From Acidimicrobiia bacterium (GTDB lineage: Bacteria > Actinomycetota > Acidimicrobiia > Spongiisociales > UBA5794), in the NCBI GenBank assembly GCA_030065575.1, contig JASJDZ010000005.1, positions 1,114-65,113 of the forward strand: DNA of 64,000 nucleotides, in the 5' to 3' direction. Shown piece after piece: positions 10,752 to 21,860 of the stretch (position 1 is its first letter; each line of letters begins with the position of its first letter). The notes under the pieces are model-generated. The model saw nothing but the letters and a program-made list of their open reading frames with translations, ran no database searches and had not been told where the DNA came from. A program made the translations under genes and the position numbers.

Positions 10752-10841
10752 GCCGGCGCGGCGCAGCTTCCTCAGTCCGTTTCTTCGATTGTGGGCACTG
10801 CTACCCTCGCCGGAACGTGCGTAGGTCAAGGGTGATAGCTG

Positions 10842-12113
10842 ATGTCGGACATGAGGCCAATCGAACAAGTAGATCCTCTGCTTGCCGGGTTGATCCAGAA
10901 AGAGGTCGACCGGCAGCGGTCCCAGATCCACCTGATTGCCTCCGAGAATTACATCTCGATGGCAATGATGCAGGCATCGGGGTCGGTCCTCTCCAATAAG
11001 TACTCGGAGGGATACCCGGGGCGGCGCTATTACGAGGGCTGCGCCATCATCGACGAGGTCGAGGTTCTAGCGAGAGAACGAGCCAAGCGACTGTTCGGCG
11101 CTGAGCATGCCAACGTTCAGGTACACAGCGGGTCGCAGGCCAACCTGGCCGCGTACAACGCCGTTCTGGAGCCGGGCGACACCATCCTCGGGATGCGGCT
11201 CGACCAGGGGGGCCATCTCACCCATGGCTCGCCGGTGAACTTCAGTGGCAAGCTGTTTAACTTCGTTGCCTACGGAGTCGACGAGAAGACCGAGCAGATC
11301 GACCTCGATCAGGTTCGTGCGCTTGCGTTGGAGCACCGTCCGAAGATGATCGTGGCCGGATACAGCGCTTACTCACAGTTGATCGACTGGGCCGCTTTCC
11401 GCCGGATCGCCGACGAGGTCGATGCGATCTTCCTGGTCGATGCCGCCCACATCATCGGTCTCATTGCCGGTAGTGCCCACCCCAATCCAACTCCCCACGC
11501 CGATATTGTCACGGCGACGACCCACAAGGCACTGCGCGGGCCCCGTGGCGGCGTGATCCTGAGCAGGGAGAAGTTCGCCAAGCAGATCGACAAGGCAGTC
11601 TTTCCGTTTGCGCAGGGTGGCCCGCTCAACAACCAGATTGCCGCCAAGGCACTGTGCTTCGAGCTAGCCGGACGAGCCGACTTCAAGACCTACTCCAACC
11701 AGATCGTACGCAACGCCAAGGTGCTGGCAGGAGCGATGGACGATGAGGGGCTCCGGGTCATCAGCGGTGGCACCGAGAACCACATGTTCCTCGTCGACCT
11801 GCGGTCGCTCGATCCCGACCTCACCGGCAAGGAAGCCTCGCAGTTCCTGGACGATCACGGGGTGACGCTGAATCGAAACGCGATTCCGTTCGATCCCCGA
11901 TCGCCCTTTATTACCAGCGGTCTTCGTTTGGGGACACCTTCAGTGACCACGGCGGGGATGATGCAGGAGCAGATGGTGCTGCTCGGCAAGCTGATCGTGG
12001 AGATTCTCCGCAAGCGGATTGACCCATACTCCGTGACTCTCTATACCGATCAGATTCGGGAACTTGCCGACGCCTTCCCCGCTTACCCGGAGGACTTTGC
12101 CGGTCACGCGTGA
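10842..12113 (+). CDS. glyA: Serine hydroxymethyltransferase
   Basis: SENYIS, YSEGYPGRRYYEGC and PLP-lysine segment TTHKALRGPRGG. Confidence 0.95.
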   Translation: MSDMRPIEQVDPLLAGLIQKEVDRQRSQIHLIASENYISMAMMQASGSVLSNKYSEGYPGRRYYEGCAIIDEVEVLARERAKRLFGAEHANVQVHSGSQANLAAYNAVLEPGDTILGMRLDQGGHLTHGSPVNFSGKLFNFVAYGVDEKTEQIDLDQVRALALEHRPKMIVAGYSAYSQLIDWAAFRRIADEVDAIFLVDAAHIIGLIAGSAHPNPTPHADIVTATTHKALRGPRGGVILSREKFAKQIDKAVFPFAQGGPLNNQIAAKALCFELAGRADFKTYSNQIVRNAKVLAGAMDDEGLRVISGGTENHMFLVDLRSLDPDLTGKEASQFLDDHGVTLNRNAIPFDPRSPFITSGLRLGTPSVTTAGMMQEQMVLLGKLIVEILRKRIDPYSVTLYTDQIRELADAFPAYPEDFAGHA

Positions 12114-12236
12114 CAGCACCGGCATCGGCCGCCGGCGCCCACAGTTAAGGTTGGGGCGGAAGATGAGCGCGGGTAGTCTCGCTTGTGGGGGACCTACCAT
12201 CACGACCACGGTTGACCGGGATCCGGTGATAGCAAA

Positions 12237-12488
12237 ATGACAAACGACCGCAGTGGTCTCGTGCCCGACCGAAAGGCGGTAACCGGCGGGTTCTCGGCGA
12301 GCGTCGACTTCGCCTCGTCAGTTCTCGCAGGGTTGGTAATCGGCCTGGGGCTCGATTGGCTCTTTGGCACCCGCCCGGTGTTCATCGTCCTATTCGTTGT
12401 TGCCGGCTTCATTGCGGGCTTCTACAAGCTGTGGCGCACTTCAGCGGTGCTCGAGGAGATGGCTGAGGAGCGACGTCGTGGGCTCTGA
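12237..12488 (+). CDS. Small AtpZ/AtpI-like F0F1-ATPase-associated membrane protein
   Basis: 83 aa, two hydrophobic helices (GLVIGLGLDWLFGTRPVFIVLFVVAGFIAGFYKLWR). Position immediately upstream of the atp genes. Confidence 0.7.
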   Translation: MTNDRSGLVPDRKAVTGGFSASVDFASSVLAGLVIGLGLDWLFGTRPVFIVLFVVAGFIAGFYKLWRTSAVLEEMAEERRRGL

Positions 12489-12924
12489 GCGCAATGAGGT
12501 CCTAACCGGATATGAGACGGCGCCGGGCCCGCCCGATATCGAGGCCAAGATCGGCCTGTCCGCTGCCCGTCGTGTGCTCTGGGTCGCGCCACCTTTGATC
12601 CTCGCTCTTGGCTTGTTGCGGGGCGGTCCGGGGGCATTCGCCGCAGCGGTGGGAGTGGCGATTGTGGCCGGGAATTTCGTGCTTGCTGGGTTTGTGCTGT
12701 CAAAGGCTGCAGCCATTTCGCTGAAGCTCTATCATGCCGCCGCGCTGGGCGGGTTTATCCTGCGATTGGCCCTGATCATGCTGGTCATGTTTGTGATTGC
12801 ACAGCTGGCCGACGTGGATCGGTTGGCGATGGGAGTCTCAGCTGTTGTGAGCTATCTCGTTCTGCTCTCATGGGAGACTGTGTCGGTGGCGAGAGGTGAC
12901 AAGAAGGAGTTGGAGTGGAGTTGA
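12478..12924 (+). CDS. ATP synthase protein I-like membrane protein
   Basis: GTG at 12478 overlaps the preceding stop. About 148 aa with four hydrophobic spans. Position between atpZ-like and atpB. The start is uncertain. Confidence 0.55.
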   Translation: MGSERNEVLTGYETAPGPPDIEAKIGLSAARRVLWVAPPLILALGLLRGGPGAFAAAVGVAIVAGNFVLAGFVLSKAAAISLKLYHAAALGGFILRLALIMLVMFVIAQLADVDRLAMGVSAVVSYLVLLSWETVSVARGDKKELEWS

Positions 12925-13721
12925 TATTCGCAGCGTCAGCTTGCGATCCGGAGAGCCAGATCATTTGTACTCCGGACTCGGTCAACGAGTTGTTCGAGTT
13001 GCCCTTCGTATACGGGATCAACCGGACGATGATTCTCAACATCGTTGCCGCTCTGGTCGTCGTCTGGTTCTTCTGGGCTGCGTTCCGGAAGCGGTCGCTG
13101 ATTCCTGGGAAGTTTCAGACACTCGCCGAGTCCGTACTTGGATTTGTTCGCGATGAGATTGCTATTGGCATCATCGGCCCCAAGCACGGTCTCACCTACT
13201 TCCCGTACCTGGCTTCGATCTTCTTCTTCCTCCTCGTTGGGAACATGATGGAGGTCTTCCCGCTGACCCTGTTCCCGATCACATCTCGTATCGGTCTCCC
13301 GATAGCCCTGGCGCTATTCACGTGGTTCCTCTTCATCTTTGCCGGGGTCCGAGCGCAGGGCTTCGTTGGCTACTTCGGTCACCTCGTCTGGCCGCCAACC
13401 GTGCCGACTGCCCTCAAGCCGTTGGTCGGGCTGATCGAGCTTGTCTCGGTCATCCTGGTGCGACCGTTCTCTCTCGCCGTCCGGCTCTTTGCCAACCTGG
13501 CTGCCGGTCACGTGATGCTTGCCCTCATGCTCCTGTCGTCGTGGGTCTTCCTGTCGTCGCTACCGACGGGCAACATCGCCGGTCTCTGGGGCTTCCTCTG
13601 GGCCGGACTGGGTCTGTTCATTTTTGTGTTCGAGATCCTGGTGGCAACGCTCCAGGCTTACATATTCACTCTGCTTTCGGCGGTTTACATCCAGACCTCG
13701 GTCGAGGTCGAGGCTCACTGA
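12915..13721 (+). CDS. atpB: ATP synthase F0 subunit a
   Basis: GTG preceded by AAGGAG. Conserved C-terminal helices with the essential Arg context (FSLAVRLFANLAAGH). Confidence 0.92.
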   Translation: MELIFAASACDPESQIICTPDSVNELFELPFVYGINRTMILNIVAALVVVWFFWAAFRKRSLIPGKFQTLAESVLGFVRDEIAIGIIGPKHGLTYFPYLASIFFFLLVGNMMEVFPLTLFPITSRIGLPIALALFTWFLFIFAGVRAQGFVGYFGHLVWPPTVPTALKPLVGLIELVSVILVRPFSLAVRLFANLAAGHVMLALMLLSSWVFLSSLPTGNIAGLWGFLWAGLGLFIFVFEILVATLQAYIFTLLSAVYIQTSVEVEAH

Positions 13722-13762
13722 TGGTGCCGCCCGATAACGGCTCTCGCATCGATAGACACTAG

Positions 13763-14035
<273 letters not shown>

Positions 14036-14047
14036 GGGAGGACCACG

Positions 14048-14590
14048 ATGCTATTCGCAAGTCTCCTGCTTGCGGCCGAGGACGAGGCCAGCGGTGTAGA
14101 TCTGCTAATTCCAGATCTGCGTGAGCTGGCCGCCGGCGTTGTCGCCTTTGCCATCGTCTTCTTCTTCATCTGGAAGTACGCAATTCCCGCGTTCAACGAG
14201 ATGATTGAGGGCCGGCAGAAGCAGATACAGGCCAACCTCCAGGCTGCTGAAGCCGAGAAAGAACAGGCGGCCTCCCTCAAAGCCGATTATGAGTCCTCCA
14301 TTGCTGGAGCACGTGCCGAGGCGACCAAGATCGTTGAGGACGCTCGTCAGGTCGGCGAGTCGGCTCGAGCCGACATCGTGGCTCGCGCCGAGGCCGAGGC
14401 TGAAGATATCAAGTCCCGCGCCGGCCAGGAGATATCGGCCGAGCGGGAACGTGCCGTTGGCTCGATGCGTCGCGAGGTCGCCGGGTTGTCGCTGGACGTC
14501 GCTGAGAAGCTCGTCGGGAAGAATCTCGACCGCAAGGCGCAGCAGGCGCTCGTTGATCAGTTCATCGACGAGCTGGGCGACGAGGGCTGA
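14048..14590 (+). CDS. atpF: ATP synthase F0 subunit b
   Basis: One N-terminal TM helix then a long Ala/Glu/Arg-rich helix. GGGAGG SD upstream. Confidence 0.9.
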   Translation: MLFASLLLAAEDEASGVDLLIPDLRELAAGVVAFAIVFFFIWKYAIPAFNEMIEGRQKQIQANLQAAEAEKEQAASLKADYESSIAGARAEATKIVEDARQVGESARADIVARAEAEAEDIKSRAGQEISAERERAVGSMRREVAGLSLDVAEKLVGKNLDRKAQQALVDQFIDELGDEG

Positions 14591-14592
14591 TC

Positions 14593-15123
14593 ATGACTTC
14601 CAGCCACGTTGACGGATACGCCCGGGCGATGCTCGACGTCGTCGGAGCCGAAGGAAATGCTGAGCGCCTCACCGACGAGTTGGTTCTCGTCGCACAGGCG
14701 TTTGGCGAGTCCGAGGAACTGCAAGGCGCACTGAGTGATCCGCTGATCCCGTTCGAGAAGAAGCAGGCGATCGTTTCCGATCTCATCGGCAAGCGCGCGT
14801 CCGGGGTAACTGTTTCGCTCGTCAACATGCTGATCGGCGTGGGGCGGATCAAGGATCTTCCCGAGATCACCAAGCGGATGATGGAACTTGCCGCCGAAGC
14901 GGAGGGCGAGGTCGTCGCCGATGTCACCAGCGCGATTGAACTCGACGCGGCGACACAGGAGCGGCTGGCGGCCCGACTGTCCGAAGTCACCGGCAAGAGC
15001 GTCCGGCTTCATGTGACGGTTGATCCATCCGTGGTAGGCGGGCTGGTTGCCCAAGTTGAGGACACTTTGTTTGATGGGTCGGTTCGCAGCCGACTCCTGG
15101 AATTGCGAGAGGCATGGGCATAG
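14593..15123 (+). CDS. atpH: ATP synthase F1 subunit delta
   Basis: OSCP-like length and position. C-terminal GGLVAQVEDTLFDGSVRSRL motif. Confidence 0.9.
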   Translation: MTSSHVDGYARAMLDVVGAEGNAERLTDELVLVAQAFGESEELQGALSDPLIPFEKKQAIVSDLIGKRASGVTVSLVNMLIGVGRIKDLPEITKRMMELAAEAEGEVVADVTSAIELDAATQERLAARLSEVTGKSVRLHVTVDPSVVGGLVAQVEDTLFDGSVRSRLLELREAWA

Positions 15124-15126
15124 CGA

Positions 15127-16632
15127 ATGGCTGATCTAACCCTGACCCCCGAAGACATCACCGGGGCACTCCGGCGAAACCTCGAAGGCTGGTCACCATC
15201 CATTGAGGCCGAAACCGTCGGTTACGTAGATTCAGTCGGTGATGGTGTTGCCCGCGTGGTGGGCCTTCCCAACGTCATGACGTCCGAGCTCCTCGAGTTT
15301 CCCGGCGGGCTCACCGGTGTTGCGCTGAATCTCGATGAGGACTCAATTGGCTGCGTCATCATGGGCGACGCTTCGAAGATCGAAGAAGGCGCAGAAGTTC
15401 GCTCCACCGGCAGGGTCCTATCGGTGCCCGTCGGCGACGCCCTGCTGGGTCGGGTCATCGACCCGCTGGGCAATCCGGTCGACGGCAAAGGCCCGATCGA
15501 CACCACAGAGACCCGACTCCTCGAGACGCAGGCTCCCTCCGTGGTCGAGCGGCAGCCGGTCAAGGAGCCGCTGCAGACCGGAATCAAGGCCATCGACTCG
15601 ATGACGCCGATTGGTCGCGGCCAGCGCCAGCTGATCATTGGCGACCGCCAGACCGGGAAGACGGCGATCCTCGTCGATACGATCATCAATCAGAAGGGCC
15701 TCGGCGTTAAGTGCATCTATGTGGCCATCGGTCAGAAGGCGTCCACCGTCGCCGAGGTTGCCGATGCACTCGAAGCCGCCGGAGCTCTCGAATACACCGT
15801 CATCGTTGCCGCCCCGGCGTCGAGCGCCGCTGCGTTGCAGATGTACGCCCCGTATTCGGGCTCAGCCATCGGTCAGCACTGGATGTACAACGGCCAGCAT
15901 GCCTTGGTCATCTTCGATGATCTGTCGAAGCAGGCTGTCGCATATCGCGAGATCTCACTTCTACTGCGCCGCCCACCCGGCCGCGAGGCGTATCCGGGGG
16001 ACGTGTTCTATCTCCACAGCCGTCTGCTCGAGAGGTGCGCCAAGCTGAGTGACGAACTTGGCGGTGGTTCGATGACGGGTCTGCCCGTCATCGAGACCAA
16101 GGCCAACGACGTCTCGGCGTACATCCCCACCAACGTCATCTCAATCACCGATGGGCAGATCTTCCTCGAGTCCGACCTGTTCTACTCGGGTATTCGCCCG
16201 GCCATCAACGCCGGTATCTCGGTGTCCCGTGTTGGTGGCGCCGCCCAGGTCAAAGCGATGCGCAAAGTCGCAGGTCCGCTGCGCCTCAATCTGGCGCAGT
16301 TCCGCGAATTGGAAGCATTCGCCGAGTTCGGCTCGGAGCTCGACGCCGCCTCGCTCGCGCAGCTCGAGCGTGGCTCTCGTGTCGTCGAGGTCCTCAAGCA
16401 GGGTCAATACGCTCCGCTGCCGGTGCAAGAGCAGGTCGTGTCGATCTTTGCGGTGACCGAAGGGCACATGGACGATGTTCCGGTGGCCGAGGTCCGCGAC
16501 TACGAAGAGGGCCTGCTGGAGTTTGTGCGCGCCCGCTACTCGGGCCTACTCAACGAGATAAGGGACACCGGCGAGCTGCCTGAGGGTCTGGCAGAAGCCA
16601 TCGAGGACTACAAGGCTTCCAGGGAGGGGTAG
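15127..16632 (+). CDS. atpA: ATP synthase F1 subunit alpha
   Basis: Walker A GDRQTGKT and strongly conserved alpha-subunit sequence throughout. Confidence 0.97.
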   Translation: MADLTLTPEDITGALRRNLEGWSPSIEAETVGYVDSVGDGVARVVGLPNVMTSELLEFPGGLTGVALNLDEDSIGCVIMGDASKIEEGAEVRSTGRVLSVPVGDALLGRVIDPLGNPVDGKGPIDTTETRLLETQAPSVVERQPVKEPLQTGIKAIDSMTPIGRGQRQLIIGDRQTGKTAILVDTIINQKGLGVKCIYVAIGQKASTVAEVADALEAAGALEYTVIVAAPASSAAALQMYAPYSGSAIGQHWMYNGQHALVIFDDLSKQAVAYREISLLLRRPPGREAYPGDVFYLHSRLLERCAKLSDELGGGSMTGLPVIETKANDVSAYIPTNVISITDGQIFLESDLFYSGIRPAINAGISVSRVGGAAQVKAMRKVAGPLRLNLAQFRELEAFAEFGSELDAASLAQLERGSRVVEVLKQGQYAPLPVQEQVVSIFAVTEGHMDDVPVAEVRDYEEGLLEFVRARYSGLLNEIRDTGELPEGLAEAIEDYKASREG

Positions 16633-16638
16633 AACCAA

Positions 16639-17517
16639 GTGGCTTCGGCTGAAGTAAGGCAAATTCGCCGGCGCATCAAGAGCGTCGAATCGACGATGAA
16701 GATCACGCGGGCAATGGAGCTCATTGCTACTTCGCGCATTGCCAAGGCCAGGGTGCGAGTTGCGGAGAGTCAGCCTTACACCGACAAGATGAACGAGGTG
16801 ATTCGCAATCTCGGCGCCGGTTCCAGTGGAGCGTCACACCCACTTCTGGAGAAGCGACCGGTCAGCACAGCGGGCATCGTCGTCGTCAGCTCCGACCGCG
16901 GTCTGGCCGGTGGCTACAACTCGAGCGTGATCCGGATGGCGGAGCACCACATCCACGATTTGCGCGAGGACGGCATCGTGGTGCGGCTCTACACGGTAGG
17001 GGAGAAGGCAAAGGCATACTTCGCCTACCGCAACTTCAAGATCGAACATGCATGGTTGGGCGTAACCGATACACCCGGCTACGGCGACGCTCGCATGATC
17101 GGGAACACCCTGCTCGAGGATTACGAAAGCGAGGAAGTGGATTCCTTCGAGGTGTTCACTACCCGATACGTGTCGGCGCTGACGCAGAAACCGGTGCAGT
17201 GGGAACTGCTCCCCATCGAGCCTCCCGAGTTCGCCGATGAGGACGAGCTGAGTGTGTCTTACACGTTCGAGCCGTCCGCCGAAGCCATTCTCGAAAGGCT
17301 GCTGCCGCGCTACCTCGAAGGCACCATTTTCGGCATGCTGCTCGAGGCATCCGCCTCAGAGCACGCAGCCCGGCGGCGGGCAATGAAGGCGGCAACGGAG
17401 AACGCTGAGGAACTCGTACGTCTCCTCACTCGAGAGGCCAACCAGGCCCGACAGGCCGAGATCACAACTGAGATATCTGAAATCGTCGGCGGCGCTGAAG
17501 CGCTTGCCGGTGGATAG
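16639..17517 (+). CDS. atpG: ATP synthase F1 subunit gamma
   Basis: N-terminal IRRRIKSVESTMKITRAMELIA and C-terminal helix ITTEISEIVGGAEA. Confidence 0.95.
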   Translation: MASAEVRQIRRRIKSVESTMKITRAMELIATSRIAKARVRVAESQPYTDKMNEVIRNLGAGSSGASHPLLEKRPVSTAGIVVVSSDRGLAGGYNSSVIRMAEHHIHDLREDGIVVRLYTVGEKAKAYFAYRNFKIEHAWLGVTDTPGYGDARMIGNTLLEDYESEEVDSFEVFTTRYVSALTQKPVQWELLPIEPPEFADEDELSVSYTFEPSAEAILERLLPRYLEGTIFGMLLEASASEHAARRRAMKAATENAEELVRLLTREANQARQAEITTEISEIVGGAEALAGG

Positions 17518-18959
<1,442 letters not shown>

Positions 18960-18960
<1 letters not shown>

Positions 18961-19316
18961 TGGCCGGCAAGCTCTTTCACCTCGACATAGTCACGCCCGA
19001 GGCCATTATCTGGTCCGGGGCGGCGCAGATGGTGTCGGCGCGGACTACCGAAGGTGACATCGGGATCCTGGCCGACCACGAAGCAACGATGGCCGCTCTG
19101 GCCACCGGCCCGGTCGAGATCAAGGATGCCGACGATCAGTTGACCACAATCGGTATCCACGGGGGCTTTCTCCAGATCTTTGCGAATACCGTGACTTTGC
19201 TCACCGACCGGGCCGAAACCACTGCAGGGGGACGCGAAGCGGCCCTGCGACTGGCGGAGGAGCTGAAGGAAGCGGCGATGAAGGCAGCTGCGGCCGCGGA
19301 AGCCGAGGAGACCTAG
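18960..19316 (+). CDS. atpC: ATP synthase F1 subunit epsilon
   Basis: GTG sharing one nt with the atpD stop. Beta-sandwich N-terminus (LDIVTPE...) and Ala/Glu-rich C-terminal helices. Confidence 0.9.
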
Positions 19317-19356
19317 CCCGGGCCCCGGTATCCGACCTGCGCTCTAAAGGGTTGCC

Positions 19357-21366
19357 TTGTGGTGCCGATTATTCCCCATGGCGCCCGCTCAGGCTGAGAG
19401 TTCCCAGTACTTCGAGAACCCGCGTTCGGGCACTCGCGCCTTCCAGGTGGTCGTCTCCCGATTGATTCTCCGGACCGTGACGGTCGGTGCGCTGGTTGCC
19501 GCCGCCCTCGTGGCCAGTGTCCACCTCTACTACCGGACAGGCTCGCTGAGAAACTGGCTCTTCATCGCGGCAGCTGCGGCACTTGCCTTGATCAGTTGGC
19601 GGGAGGCCCGCCGTCCGCTTCCCCGCACCCTTCTGCCGCTTATTGCCATGCTCGTGGTGATTGTCGCCCGCTTGATTACCGCAGACCTCTTCATCGCGAC
19701 ATCTCTTCTGATCCCCCTGTTCGCAGTGGGGACTATGGGCTCCTTCAGCCTTCCCGACAGTCAGCTGCGGGTCTTTTCAGCGGCATTCGCCGGGCTGACC
19801 GCAATCGGTGTTATCTCCTTCATCGTTCGGTTCGGTTCTGCCAGTGGTATCTGGCGAGGCATGGTTGCAATATCGGTCGGCGCCGCCCTCGGACTGGCGC
19901 TTGTAATACTGCTGAGGCATGAGACCACGCGCTTTGTTGCCAGGTTCGAGGTTCTCTATGACGGCGTTTCGATCGGTCTGATTCGTCTCTCCGCTGACGG
20001 CCGCGTGATCGCGGCAAACCGACGGCTCGCTCAGATGCTCGGCTATGAGACGCTCGATGACGTGGCCGGAGGCGGCTTCTTGATGCTGCTCGTTGATCGA
20101 ACTGAGGAAGAAGAGGTAGATCGCCTCCTCAACACCGGGGAAGCAGGCGAGGTCAGGCTGCGTCGCCGTGATGGGGGCCACATTTGGGCACGGGTGACGT
20201 TCAGTGTGGTCAGAGATGCAGAGGGCGGGATTCTGGGTTACGAAGGCCTGGTCGAGGACGTAACCGAGAACCGACTCGCCCGGGAGAGCGCAGCCCAGGC
20301 GGAAGCGCGCTTCGGCACCGTCTTCGAGTCGGCACCCATCGGTATGGCGCTGGTCACAACAAGCGGCGAGATCCTCAGGGCAAACCGGGCGTTCGGAGCT
20401 CTGGCCGGCTCGGCGGAGCCCATTCCAGAGGGAACCCAATGGAGCAGCCTCCTGGGAGGCCAGCTGGGGAGTGTGTCGCGCCTCGTCGAGTTGAACGGCA
20501 GCGGTGAGTCCGCGGAGATCGACATCGCCACAGCCTCGGGTGGGCGCAAATCGCTCAGACTGCACGTTCAGCGCCCACCGGGCCCCCGGCCCGGCACCGA
20601 CTTCGCCATTGTGCAGCTTCTCGACATGACTTCGCACATTGAGCTGGAGAAGCTGCTGCGCGAGCAGGTGCGGGCCAAGAACGACTTCATTGCCACTGTG
20701 TCGCACGAACTCCGTACCCCGTTGACCGCAGTTGTCGGGTTCCTTTCGGAGCTTCCCGGCTCTCTGGGTGACGTGGCGGAGGAACCGGCAGAGATGCTGG
20801 AGATCCTCGCATCGGAGGCAACCTCGCTGAGCAACATCGTCGAGGATCTCCTGGTTGCTGCCCGGGCCGATCTGGAGCAACTCTCGGTCAAGTCTGAGAC
20901 TGTCCCGATCGGGGAGTCGATCGCTCACGTGGTACGAGCTTCGTCCCGCGTGGCGCTGGATCATGGAGCAACCGTCGACACCTCCGCGGTGGTGGAGGCT
21001 ACGGCGCAGGCGGATCGGGGCCGGGTCGAGCAGATCCTATGGAACCTGATAGTCAATGCGGTACGCCATGGTGGCTCGACCGTGTCGATCGGTGTCGAGG
21101 AGCGCGGCAGCGGCGTCGTTGTCTGGGTACGGGACGATGGCCCCGGCATTCCGAGCGAGATCAGGGAGTCGCTATTCGAGCCGTTCCGGTCCTACGCCTC
21201 TGAGGAAGGGTTGACGACTTCGATGGGTCTCGGTCTTCACGTCGTCCACACTCTGGCTGAGCTGATGGGCGGATCGATTGAGGCGAACTCGCGCAATGGT
21301 TGTACCGAGTTCGTGCTCACCCTTCCGATAGCGAAAGCTGCCGTAGCGCAGGTTGGCCAGGGTTAA
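19357..21366 (+). CDS. Membrane-bound sensor histidine kinase with two PAS-like domains (TTG 19357; alternative ATG 19378)
   Basis: About 5-6 N-terminal hydrophobic spans, two PAS-like segments, H-box FIATVSHELRTPL, N/G boxes NLIVNAVRHGG, DDGPGIP, GLGLHVV. No response regulator gene adjacent. Confidence 0.85.
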   Translation: MWCRLFPMAPAQAESSQYFENPRSGTRAFQVVVSRLILRTVTVGALVAAALVASVHLYYRTGSLRNWLFIAAAAALALISWREARRPLPRTLLPLIAMLVVIVARLITADLFIATSLLIPLFAVGTMGSFSLPDSQLRVFSAAFAGLTAIGVISFIVRFGSASGIWRGMVAISVGAALGLALVILLRHETTRFVARFEVLYDGVSIGLIRLSADGRVIAANRRLAQMLGYETLDDVAGGGFLMLLVDRTEEEEVDRLLNTGEAGEVRLRRRDGGHIWARVTFSVVRDAEGGILGYEGLVEDVTENRLARESAAQAEARFGTVFESAPIGMALVTTSGEILRANRAFGALAGSAEPIPEGTQWSSLLGGQLGSVSRLVELNGSGESAEIDIATASGGRKSLRLHVQRPPGPRPGTDFAIVQLLDMTSHIELEKLLREQVRAKNDFIATVSHELRTPLTAVVGFLSELPGSLGDVAEEPAEMLEILASEATSLSNIVEDLLVAARADLEQLSVKSETVPIGESIAHVVRASSRVALDHGATVDTSAVVEATAQADRGRVEQILWNLIVNAVRHGGSTVSIGVEERGSGVVVWVRDDGPGIPSEIRESLFEPFRSYASEEGLTTSMGLGLHVVHTLAELMGGSIEANSRNGCTEFVLTLPIAKAAVAQVGQG

Positions 21367-21800
21367 CCCAGCGAACCGGCAAACCGCTCGACCTGGGCGG
21401 GCAGGCCTTTGGAGATCGCCTCACTGACTACCGGGAAGAACAGCGTGGATAGGGTTCCCCGCGATGTGACCCATAGAGTGACGGCCACCACGGTCGTCCC
21501 GTCTCCATTTGCCTCCAGCTTGGCTTCGAGGCTGCCGGCAACCTCACGAGCATCCAACTCCAGCAGCATGCGCGCCTCCGGCTCTGCCGAGGCCACTGTC
21601 GCAGTACCCGGGTAGCGGCGAGCGGCGACCGTGGTTGACCATTGGAAAGACGTCAGGTGACCCTCGTCGCTGTGCACTGCCCCCCAGACCTCCTCGACCG
21701 GCCCGATGTTCGCCCAGGTTGTAGCTTCCTGGAGGGTCTCCCAAACATCGGCTGTCGAGGCGCGGGCGGTTGACTGGTGAGTGAAGGTGGCTGATGGCAC
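21363..21800 (-). CDS. SRPBCC (START/polyketide cyclase-like) family protein
   Basis: 145-aa C-terminal part of ORF 21363..22313 with an SRPBCC-like pattern (ADVWETLQEATTWANIGP...). GTG at 21800 with TATTGT 6 nt upstream. The longer ORF would overlap the opposite-strand transferase gene. Confidence 0.65.
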   Translation of the reverse strand: MPSATFTHQSTARASTADVWETLQEATTWANIGPVEEVWGAVHSDEGHLTSFQWSTTVAARRYPGTATVASAEPEARMLLELDAREVAGSLEAKLEANGDGTTVVAVTLWVTSRGTLSTLFFPVVSEAISKGLPAQVERFAGSLG

Positions 21801-21806
21801 CCGGGG

Positions 21807-21812
21807 ACAATA
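21807..21812 (-). promoter_or_regulatory. -10-like hexamer TATTGT, 6 nt upstream of the GTG start at 21800 (leaderless geometry)
   Basis: Plus strand reads ACAATA. TANNNT class hexamer in a GC-rich 60-bp divergent intergenic region. Confidence 0.35.
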
Positions 21813-21846
21813 GCGGTCGCGGCGTAACTCGACATCGCGCTCCAGG

Positions 21847-21852
21847 TATTCT
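21847..21852 (+). promoter_or_regulatory. -10-like hexamer TATTCT, 8 nt upstream of ATG 21861
   Basis: Read directly: TATTCT-ctagggca-ATG. No SD-like purine run in between. Confidence 0.35.
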
Positions 21853-21860
21853 CTAGGGCA

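Noticed and set aside
10752-10841. Riboswitch (ZTP/THF-type) upstream of glyA
   Set aside because: The 90-bp leader lacks the conserved GGGUCGUGA...CCGCCUGGGCA-type elements I remember for the ZTP motif and is too short for most folate-related riboswitches. An Rfam scan would be decisive.
19317-19356. Intrinsic terminator after atpC
   Set aside because: Only a loopless GCCCGGGC palindrome is present, with no stable stem-loop or U-tract. The next gene starts 40 nt downstream and may be co-transcribed.
19777-20964. 395-aa ORF antisense to the histidine kinase gene
   Set aside because: The plus-strand frame carries clear H, N and G boxes. The antisense product has no features.
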